Assembly: GCF_037042905.1 (NCBI RefSeq) | Contig: NC_087245.1 | Span: 3,102,001-3,166,000 of the forward strand | Reading direction: 5' to 3' | DNA: 64,000 nt | Source: Lytechinus pictus | Taxonomy: Eukaryota | Shown here: in pieces, positions 37,001 to 49,000 of the stretch | Layout: each line of letters opens with the position of its first letter | Position numbering within the stretch: position 1 is the first letter of the stretch | Translations under genes and position numbers: made by a program | Notes under the pieces: model-generated | The model's database searches: none | What the model saw: the letters and a program-made list of their open reading frames with translations, nothing else | What the model was told of the DNA's origin: nothing

Positions 37001-40000
37001 ATAAGGACTAGCAAATTCAATTATTTTCAGAGTCAAAAGCTTCAGTGAAGCTGATTTTAGTGGCCACTATAGAGGGTGGTACATTGACAGAGGGACACAA
37101 AATGAGTGGACACTGGTCGCATTAGACAGGGTCTACAACACATGAATTTCCTGAAGGGGAATATTTAGTGGCCACTATAAGCAAGTGGCCACTAAATACT
37201 GGTGGCCGCTAAGGCCCCCATCTCACTAGGAAGGCGATCGTGGCGACCATGGCGATCTGTGTAAATCCCGCAAAGCGTAGCAGAATCTTCCTAGAATTCT
37301 ATTTTTAGCCTGCGAGGCGATTGCACTGCAACTTCTCTGCGACCGACCTGCGCTGAATGCGATGGTAATACGCTGTTAGTACGACGCTGCCACTCTCTTG
37401 CCACGATTCGAGGCAGATGTGATGCGCTGCTTCTGCAATCAAAGCGACCGTACAACGAGGCTCATACGCTAATTAGGACCTCGCTACGGTGGTGCTACGA
37501 ATGGAGCTATTGTGTTACGTTCATGATGGGCTCTTGAAACGATTTCAAGCAATCGGCATATTAATCGCGGCACATGAGACATTCTTCAGTCGATTGCCAA
37601 CCTCCAACCAAGATGGATGTCCAGAATTTGGTTGGACTTATACATCTTAGCATTCTACAACAACATCAGTTAGAAGTTGAATACGAGGACAGGAGGAAGA
37701 GGAGGCCAAAACAATACTGGGTCCGATCCTGGCTGTCACTTAAGTCATAATATACAATATTTATTAAAATTTCATTCAAAAGATGTCGATGAACCTAATT
37801 GAGGAACCTAATGAGGAATGCATCCAGAATTTCATAAAAGAGCATACAAATCTTTGATATTCTGTTTATTTTTTCCACAAAAGTTTGTCACTCAAATTTT
37901 TTTTTGTAAATTCCTTTCAAATTTGCTGACAAGAAATAGTCTACTGATTTGAGAGCACTCATAAAAAAGGGGCACAATGCCAGAATCTCCCTAAAGAGTG
38001 CCTTTCCCATTCAATACATTAGTGATCAAATCATTAACAAAATTTGATATTGTCTACTGTCAATGTGGTTAGAATTCAATCTATTTTTAAAACATAGTCA
38101 ATTTATATATTTTTGCAGAGGTAACCCATTTGGTCATCAAGACAGGCGAGCGTCTTTTTTTCTCTTTCCAGCTGGCTCAGCAGTAAGATTTTCATCCTCC
38201 TCTACCACCACCATAACCTCTTGTTCTTCCTCTTGGACTGCCGGCCTAACAGGGGTAGCTTGGGCAGCTTTCCTTTTTTTTTTGTCCTTTTTCTGGGAGT
38301 TATGTTTGAAAACGTCGTGGTGTCGCCTCGTAATCTGTTGCAAATGTGATAATCCGCCACCATCGGCACGGCGTTTTATAGCAGCACGGACGGTCGTTGC
38401 ACAATCGCTGCCCAGTCATCAGCGGCGCAGCAAAAGCGCAACGCGAATGCCTGCAGCGGCCTGAGAACGTGTGCCACATACGCGTGCCACATGCCACCCA
38501 AAGAAGAAAGCGTCGCGGTGGAAGCGGTGTGAAGCGTGTCGAGTGCAAGGCGTTAGGCGCCTTGTAAACGGAAGCAGCGTGGCAGTATTGTCTTGGGAAC
38601 GGGCCTGAAAACACGGGCGATCGGTGCCGCTTTTAATGCGCTTCTACTACGCTTTATGCGTTAGAGCTCCGTTACAGCTATGAATATATTGTTTGTAATA
38701 CGCTCATGACTCGATTGTGATGCGCTTTACCACCTCCGCGCTCTCGCTACGTAAGTTTTGAACATGTTCAAAATTTTGTGGCGACCAGGAAGATGGTGGC
38801 GATCTTTGCCGCTTCAGAAAAGATCAAGGTACGACGGAGAAGATTGAAAAGATCAAGCCACGATCAAGCTACGATATAACACGCTTTGTCGATTTTTGAC
38901 GATCGCAGCGGGATCGCCATCTAGTGAGATGGGGGTATAAGACAGGTTTGACTGTATATATATAGTAAATAGCGGTAGTAAAATACGAGCTGTGATTGGC
39001 TAGATTGGTACCACGTGACCTCCCTTCAAAAAGTTATATTGTACATATGTACAATATAACTTGATTTTTGGAGGGTAAAAACCGTGTTAAATGAATGGGG
39101 AGAATATTGATTGATGACAATGTGCATTTAGCCAGTCAGTCCTGAATGTCTGCATTTACTTAGCACATGCAATGTGTTGAATCTTAATTTGTATAGTGAT
39201 GTCAGCTTTTCCTGACTTGTGCAACTTAACATTATGGACGGTACATTTTGGATGGTACATGTGCAACGGAACGAATATTTGACATTCAGCCTCTCATTTG
39301 CTTGCGTACAACAAGCTAAGTAGGCGTTGTACAATTTACTATGATAAATAGTGAATGTTCTATCATACAATATTACTAGACTATACGAACTTCAAATATA
39401 AAATCATCCCCCGTGCAGGTCTATTTAACCTCGTCTTTCGGCCTCGGTGAAATTAACCTGCACTCGGGATAATTTTATATTTGTCATACATATAATCCAG
39501 TAAATTGTACAATAGATTGTACACTATTTATATAATATGTATAGATATATATATAATCACACATATGTTCACCCTGAATCATGTGTTATGAAAAATATAT
39601 TTGCTGTAGATCATATGCAGATCATTGAGGAGGATTAAGAACAAGAAGGAAGGAAATAGAGGAAGAGGAAGATTTGATTTGTTATTTGACTGATATTAGT
39701 GCTGTGTGTTTGAAGGTTGATAGAAATAATTATTTATGCTGCCCTCTTGAGGTAAAGAATGGTCCAAAATTTCACACTACATGCTGTTTCAATATGCATC
39801 AGGTTTCCTGTCATTATTTAGCAATTAAAAACAAAGGTTGTGGTTTTATGGTTTTATGCTGTATTTTTCCCGGATTTATGCATTGTATATGTAGTTGCAT
39901 AGACTTGTATGCAAGTCTTCTCTCTATTTAAAAGTAAAAAAAGAATAGTAGCTATTTGTGACTGAAATGTTTATATTCCATTTTTACGTTTGATATCTAC

Positions 40001-43000
40001 ATGTAACAAACAGCTCATTTCAAGGTTTATTATTCGTAAGTATTTTCATGCAGGCTGTTAAGATTTGCATTGGTTTCCATACACTAGCTTGTAGAATAAT
40101 TTGGGAAGGCAGGTACATCACACTTAAGTTTAGGTCAAGGTCAAGTAGGAGTTTGCAGGCCAATGATAAGAAGTCAGGACTTAAATTCTATAATTAGTTT
40201 CAGCTTGATAATTTGAAAGATGTTGGACAAATTTAAATTATTTTAGGAATAAAGGTACATCGCGATAAAGTGTGTCTAATTAGAATTAAGTTTCAGATTT
40301 ATTCAAACGCTGTAGCTCCTTTGGCCCTTTTGCCAATGAAATTGTAGTGTTAATCTAACATGCACAAAATTGAAAATGGGGTTTGATAGTCGACCAATTA
40401 TATTACTTTTGTATTCCTTCACATTTTATTCATTTTATTTAAACTCACATGATTAAAATTCAACATACACATATGGACAGTTCTATTAAAGATCCACCTT
40501 TCTTGTTTGGAGTGATGATGTTGGGTTTTTTTGTATTCATTCCCTTCATTTATGAAGGAAACTTGTGCCCTTTTGTGTAAGACATCATCTTGTGAAACTA
40601 CAACTTAGCTGGGTGAGCTGCCTTGGCTGTGGTATGTTCTCATGCCATGAATAAAATGAGTGATAGATCGTTTTAGCATATATGTCAACTTACTACCGTG
40701 ACCTCTGAGGCCCAGTCACAATAAACTTGTTAAAGAAATTATTACAAATCAGTTCTAAGGATTTTAATAAATTGGGGTAAAATGTGTTGACCATCAACCT
40801 TTGCCTGTACAAATCTGTGTAAGGCAAGTGTCATGCACCATTGAAATGTGCAGTTGAGTTGAAATTTCAATTCAATTCAATTTTTTTGCAAAAAGATTTT
40901 TTAAAATATGAAAAGTATCATTAAGATATAAATTGATAAAATATTAATTACATGGCTTTCAACAAAGTCTATAAAAATAAAAACAGGATCATGGCCCAAA
41001 GGCTGAATTTCAAGACTTCTCTAAGCATTGAATAACATTTGGTATTATTATTTAGATGTAGGGTTTTAGAGGCGCAGATATTTTTTGACGTCTTGTGAGG
41101 TTGTTTCAAAGAGACAGAATATTAAAACTGATTTTTAACGTGCATGCCTATGAAAACCATCCGATATTAAAAATATTAGACGAAATAAATATTTTGCCCC
41201 GCCCACAAGATTATCATTGGTTAATAAATGATTGTGCGCATGAAGCTATTGTTACGTCACAATGAAATCGCAATGCGTATTAGTTGCCAGAAGGTGTGGT
41301 AAAGGAGCATCAATTTATTAAATTCAAATGCGCTTGCACTATACTGTAGCGCATCTTAACTCTATTACAGAGATTTCATTTTTTGAAAAATGATAATACT
41401 CAGGGGCCATGCTCATGATTTACAGGATTGCCATAAATGATGGTTACATGTACTAAAAACAATTTTTTTGCTTCGTTACTTTATGTTTAGCTTTTTGGGG
41501 GTATCTAAATAATAATAAGAATATTGAATAACCAATTTTCGTGAAATGCGTAGAAATATTGTTAGTCGCTGAAGAACATTATTGGATTCGTCTCCGACTC
41601 ATCCGATATTGTTCTTCAGCTCGTACAACATATCTTCGCATCCCACTCAAGGCCATCCAATATTCCCTAAATATGAGTCATTACATAAAAAGTACATACA
41701 AATACAGAGCTCATGCAAATAAAGGGTTGTGGTATGAATCAACATTATAATATTATCAGCAATTGTAAGCTGTTTTAAAACATTTTTCTTGTTTTTATCT
41801 TTCTGATCACCATTATCATAATTCATCACTTTCATCATTGTCTTTGTAATTATCATTATTATTAATGTCATTATTATCAATATAATTCAGAAATTGAAGT
41901 ACCTGTTAGCTTTGCATATAGAATAACATCTGAGGTGAAGTTTGTGTAACCCCCCCCCTCACAAAATGCACCCTGAATGCTGAGTGTTGAATGTACCGTA
42001 AACAACACTTCAATGTTCAGGGAGCCTAGAGAAACAAATTTTATTGAATGTAATATTTTATCACCTGACTTCACAGTTAAAGCTAAATGAACGTAGTTGC
42101 AGTAAAACACTGATTTTGTGAGAAAGTCTGTAAAACCAAGGTAAAGTATTGATATATCATCGTGGATCTAGATCTGGTACAGTTACATAAACTGAACTTT
42201 GTGAAATCATAATATCTAGCTAAAAAACGATCACACTGAAGATCGCCAACACAGATAGGCACACGTGGGACAGTGTATTATTATTGCTGGAATAAAGACC
42301 CGACAGAAGTGACCGAATCCGCGCTTAGTTTGCTTATTTCTCAGCAATTACACAATTTCTTCCAGAATCCTGTGGCACATATTTTTTATTCATACAAACA
42401 GACACTTTGGTGATCATATTAAATTCTGTAAAAAGTCATTTTGAGATCGTTCCCACAACTGGAATTTATCTTTAAATATCAAACATGGCGGGACTTGAAC
42501 ACTTTAAATAGATGTGTTTATTTTCTGAGTGGGGTTCACTAATTGTATCCCCCGAACAGAGTTTGGAGGATACTATGGATTTGGCCTCGTCGCGCCGCCG
42601 CCGCAGAGATTTCCTTGTGAGCGCTCTATCAGCTGCATTTCTTCTCCGATCATCTTCAAATTTGGCATGAAGGTAGAGTATGGTATAGCAAAGCGGCCTA
42701 TCGATTTTGGTGTGGGCGGAGACATCATTGCCATGGTAACAAGTTTTTATGGAATGGCAGAGATATCCTTGTGAGCACTCTACCAGCTGCATTTCTTGTC
42801 CGATCATCTTCAAATGTGGTATGAAGGTCCACTATGGTAAAGCAAAGCTGCCTATTGATTTTGGTGTGGACAGAGACATCGTTGTCATGGTTAACAAGAG
42901 TTTATGTGGAATAGGCGAGATGTCATTGTGAGTGCTCTACCAGCTGCATTTCTTCTCCGATCAGCTTCAAATGTGGCATGGAAGGTCCATTATGGTAAAG

Positions 43001-46000
43001 CAAAACCACCTATTTATTTTCGTGTGGGCGGAGACAACGTTGCAATGGTAACAAAAAAAGAATTTTTGTGAAAATAGCAGAGATGTCCTTGTGAGCACTC
43101 TACCAGCTGCATTTCTTCTCCGATTATCTTCAAATGTGGCATGAAGGTCCACAATGGTAAAACAAAGCCGCCTATTGATTTTGCCTTGGTGTGGGCAGCG
43201 ATGTCGTTGCCATGGTAACAAGAGTTTTTGTCATTGTGAGCGCTCTACCAGCTGCATTTTTTCTCCGATCATTTTCATATGTGGCATGAAGGTCCATTAA
43301 GCCAAGACGCCTCTTGATTTCGATGTGGGCGGAGACATTGTTGCCATGGTAACAAGGGTTTGTGGAAATAGAGATTTCCTTGTGAGTGCTCTTCTGGCTG
43401 CGTTTCTTCTCCGAACATCTTCAAATTTGTCATGAAGGTCCATTATGGTAAAGCAAAGCCGCCTTCTGATTTTGGAGTGGGTGGAGACATGGTTGCCATG
43501 GTAACCATATTTTTTTCCAGTTTATCATAACAGTATGCCCACAGAAGCATTAGAAGCATTTGAAGGTATAAAAGCGAAGATGCCTATCATTTTTGGTGAT
43601 GTGGGGGGGGGGGTCTTTATTGTCATGGTAACAATCCAAGTGAGTGTTACCAATAACTATTACAATCCAATGTATCATGCTTACTTCATTCCAAGGTACA
43701 TGTATCATAATACCATGCTGTTCCCATATATATAGAAAGTTTGTCATAGCAGTTGGCATACACAAGCAATATTAGAAGGTATTAAAGCGAAGATGCCTAT
43801 CATTTTTGGTGGGGGGAGGGTCTTGGGTTAGGTTTACAAAATATATCCAGATTACTCTATAATTGTATTCCCCAACAGGTGCTACTGGACAATACTTCAG
43901 GTTCTGCAGAGTCACGCTGCTGCGTCATATTATTGTCATCAAATTTGGTAACCATTGGCAAAATGTGGGCAGAGTCATTGTCACCATGATAATTGTATTT
44001 ATTTGTCAAATTTCTGTATGAGCTCTATGTATCGCAATGATGGATGATGCGGTGGGTTCGGATGTCAGTTGTTGCCTGGCCCTAGTGTTTCTTCTTTTGG
44101 CTTAGGGATCTTGTGTAACAATCTTTCATTCTTTTCAAGTTTTTTTTTCAAAGGAAAGACAAAAATCTTTTGCCCTCTTTAGGCCGAGGTATTTTGGGAG
44201 ATTATATGACGAGAGGCCTTACAGGTTGAAATCCCAGTTGTCGACTGCGTGGTCGCGTTGGAAACTGGCATGCATTTGTCTGCAACCTAATCTACAAATT
44301 GCGTAGTTATAATATTTCATGAAATTTTCGTGTAGGCTAAGTCCTACTTTTTGGTGTAACTCCCCCAATAATAAAGTTCCCAGTGTGCTAATTTTTGGTG
44401 AAAAAACACTTTTTTGGTGTTCTTGGCAAATATGCTAAAAAATATTAGATTGATTTTTTATGTATTATTGCTTTTAAATTCTTTTATGTATTTTGAGGAA
44501 ATTTATACATTTTATGACATTTGGCTGAATGCAGAATTTGTATTGATATTGCCCACAACATCAATTTTTGAGCATTTTTTTTTTGGAGCAACACGTTTTT
44601 TTGGTTACACATTGCTCCAAAATGATTTGATACACATAATAGTTCTAGAGGCACAGATAGTAGTATATGAACTTAAAATGTATTTTTGACATTTGAGATG
44701 TGTTCATAGAGCATCAAATTTCAGTAAAAACATTTCAGCAGCCTATTGATTTATGAGTAATAGCATGTTTTACTAATTGCCCCAACCCACATTGCAAACA
44801 GCTAAAAACAAATCAATGTCTTATCCACTCATGAAAAAACACATTAGTTTTTTATTCATTCAAATAGTGTTAAAAAATCGAGAGCATTCCCTCCCGCCCC
44901 TTCTTTCAAATCCTATTACTTAATAGTAACTTGAAAAAAATACTGACATTGGATAAGAGGTTTATAAAAGAAGGGAAGATGGATATGAGATTACCATTTT
45001 CAGGGATTTTTTTTTTTACATCACAATGCTACATTTAAGGATTTTCTTGCTACTTTTTATGATGATGCAGGGTATTACAAGCAAACATAATGGTATCGGC
45101 CTGTTTTTTTAAGTACAAAAAGGGGGAAATGAAAGAAAAAGTATTGTGTATGTATAAAGTATGATTTGCATTTAATTTCTGGATTTTTCATAGAGAAATC
45201 AAATTATTCTTCAGTGATGAGACTAGTTTCTTGGTTATGTTTCTGAAAAAAATGAATTGGATCGGATATGAGATGATTTATACCCACTTGATCACAGAAA
45301 TTCCAGTTATTTTTCTTGTTACGATACCTCAGATGGATGTGAACGTAATTTTTCAAGTATTTTGTGGCCTGAAATTGTTCTAATTATTTGTATTCTTTTG
45401 ATGGAGTGGTCATGTAAGCACCTAGATTCATGATGCAAACCCAACATGATATTTTTTAGTTAAATTTTGTTACCCCAATTATCTCTATTTTCTTCTTTTT
45501 AACGATATCATTTTTACAGAAATATTGAGTAAAATGATATGATTCTCAATACTTAAAAAAAAGTTCATTAACAGAGTAAATGTAATGTATATAAGATAAA
45601 TGACGAAGGGAAAGAGAAATATGAAGAGAGAGAGAAAGGATGAGGGAGGAGAAACGTTTACTTCTGATCAGAAAAGCTGCATCATTGATTACTTTTTTAC
45701 ACTTTCAAATGTTCTATTTTTAAAAGACATAATTACATTTGATTAATATGACATAGAGGTAAATTTGATTTGATTTATTTCTTTTTCAATGTGTGTTAAT
45801 TCTGATTTTGATCAAAAATAAAGTTCTGTGTATATGTTTTGAGGGCTAAAACAAAGTTTTGTCCCAAAAAGGGATTAACGTCCATTATCTTACACTCTAG
45901 GTTTTATGTAGATGCTTAGAGCTATTTGAATAAAAAGGAACAAAAATGTATATTTTGTTCAGAAATGATTCTATCATTGTTATAGCAAGGATAGACAAAT

Positions 46001-49000
46001 AAATGAAGATTCAAACATGTATTGCTTCAAAGAACACTGAATGAGAAAAGGGAAGGGGGGAGGATTACATGAGAGTGGCTTGGAAGAAAATTGAGACGGA
46101 AAAGGAAATTAATCAGGAGGTATTCTAAAATTGACAAGATGGTGGTTGGTGTGGTTAGAAATATCCTGATGAAACAAGAAATCAATGAAGTTTCCTTCTC
46201 TGAATGGCATAATTACAATGAAATTTCATATTCATATCTTTGAATAACTTTATAGTGTGCTTGTACTCAGCCCAATTTTATGGAAAACTTATTTTACAAA
46301 TGCCCATCAAAAAGTTATGAAAGTGTTGTTTGTCACCCACCCCCCCCCCCTCATAAATAAATGTTCCAACTTCTTGCCCGCTTTGTCTATTAGAATAACA
46401 TAAATTGAACTACCAGGTTCAACTCAAGTCACAATTTTATTTACCTTGCACACAGAATGCATTAAGTCTATTGTAAATGATGTATGCGTAACATTGTACA
46501 GTGTACACATAAAGCTCTTGTCTCAAACATTAAACTAATTGAATGTTATTGGAGTTGAATAAGCCAGGTCCATGCAAAAACCATGGATGGTTGCACTCTA
46601 ACATTAATGTCGCAAAGGAGGGATTATGTCTGTGGTGTGTAAGAGTTAAGGAGTGCAAGTTGTTCAAGAAAGGGCGTTTAATAATATGCGAAATCTATAA
46701 ATGTTCCCTTGCAAACTAATTTGTGATTCACACGTAGGATATATATTAAGTCCTGTCATTAATGGTGATACAAAACTCATATTTTCTCTTTTTATTTCTT
46801 TGCATAGAGTATTTGTGGCATCAGGAATGGATTTTATTAAAAGGAAGATTTACCAAAATAATATAATACAATACTTTATTTCTTAAAAGGAAAATTTACC
46901 ATTTAAATTTCAATTGAAATACTTTTATCTTGATAATGATAAAATACAATACTGACTTTAGATCTTTCTATAGAGACAAAAGTTCTTTACCTCTGTGAAT
47001 ATCAACACATTTTTAAAATGCTTTCACCCACTGAAGATTTCAAGACTTGCCTCAACACATCAACTTAAAAAATGTCATGCTTTTATTTTTTAGTATTTGA
47101 TATTTTAAAATAGAGTACAAAAAATATTTGATTCAAATGATTGGATTATGATAGCATAGGTAAAAAATGCATTAAAATAAAAAATTGATTTTATCATGAA
47201 AGAGTTTAACCATTTATGACCTTTCAACTCTGAATTTTTCATAAGCAATAAATGATGATTAGAAATGAGATTCATAAGAATAAAGAGGACGTACAATCCT
47301 GTTGATACTTATGATTATATTCTTTATTTATTCAGATACTTTTTGTTGGTGCTATTAATTTTGACAGGAAATTCAATATGAATCTAATTGTCTACACTTT
47401 TTTATGAAGGTACATTTCCACAGACTCATCCTTGGATCTTAATTTCCATATTTGTTTAAAGCATGGAGTAGCTCCATTTATAAAGACACAATTGTCATCA
47501 GTTTACAAAACTTAAAGGACAAGTCCACCCCAACAAAAAGTTGATTTGAATAACAAGAGAAAAATCCAACAAGTATATCACTGAAAAAATCATCAAAATC
47601 GGATGTAAAATAAGAAAGTTATGACATTTTTAAGTTTTGCTTAATTTCGCAAAACAGTTATATGAACATCCTGGTCGGTATGCAATTGAGGGACTGATGA
47701 CATCACTCACTCACTACTTCTTTTGTACTTTATTACATGAAATATGAAAAATTCTAATTTTCTCCTCATTGTGATGTGAAACAAAGTTTTATTCCTCTCT
47801 GAACATGTGGCATTACCATTGTTATAATATTGTATGGTTCATTTAAGTTGGTCCTTAATGTCAAATTGGTAAAAATTGAAATATTGTATAATTCAAACAA
47901 TAAAAAACAAAAGAAATAGTGAGTGATGGACATCATCGCTTCTCTCATTTGCACGTCACTGACTTGTGCATATGACTGTTTTATGAAAAATAAGCAAAAC
48001 TTTAGAATGTCATAACTTTCTTATTTTACATCCGATTTTGATCAAATTTTTAGCATTATGTTTGTTTAAATTACTCTATTTATTCAAATCAACATTTTTG
48101 TGGGGTGGACTTGACCTTTAAAGAAGAGCTACTGACACTTTCAGCTCTTTAAGTTAACCAGAAGGCTGTTCCATAAAGCTCTTTGTAAAGTATGACTTTG
48201 AACATCATTCCCAAAATATTGGGAATGATGTTCTGGTGCTAACTTTCCTTGGTGTTTTATAGAAGTGGGACTGACTTTCCTATAATCCCAATACATATGA
48301 TAACGTTTGTATTGAAATGCCTGTATACCACTTGAATGTTTATCTTCATGTTTAAAGTTCTTCGTAAAGTCATTGCTACTTTCCAATTCCAAACAGCAGC
48401 TTTGAAGCACCCTTTACATGTACTTTGTATTTCTTACTATTCTTTCAAGTAAATTGTCATATGAGATTTGAGTATCAAGTCCAAAAATATTTCTTAACAA
48501 TTGATTCAATGCAGTCAATTTATAAGCCAATTAAAAGAATTTGTATACAGTCTTGCTATTCTGTTTTTTTTTGTAAGCATATTTTTGTTAAATAGTGGGG
48601 TGAATTCAACTGAGACTTTAAAAAGTACTAAACTTGGTCTTTGCTTTGTATTTAAAAAGCATTACCCAATAAAACCAAGATCTTATTTTATTAATTGCAA
48701 TATGTCAATGACAAATCAACTTGAGAGTTCCATGTGCCATTTGTCAAAAGAAATGACCAGTAGTCAAACGGAAATGTTTGTTTTGTTTTCAATTATTTGC
48801 AATCGATCACAAACATATCTTACAGGTCCCATGTCAGTGGTGCTTATGAAGGAAAAGCATCCCCCTAATTTCACTTAAATACTGTAACCCAATTGGGATA
48901 GGAGTCGTTGATCCTTGTATCAAACCTATAGGAATTTGTATGAGAGTCCACTAACCATAACCAGCCAGTTAGTGCCACAAAGGGAATCTTAATTTAAAGG

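Larger units (their letters stand above)
35905..38954. mobile_element. Tc1/mariner(pogo)-type MITE fragmented by two nested insertions
   Basis: gtggccac/tagacagg repeats at 35908-35985 and 37055-37212. The right terminus gtggccgctaa|gacaggtttgactg-TA is rejoined when 37213-38940 is removed. The left TIR is eroded. Confidence 0.65.
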
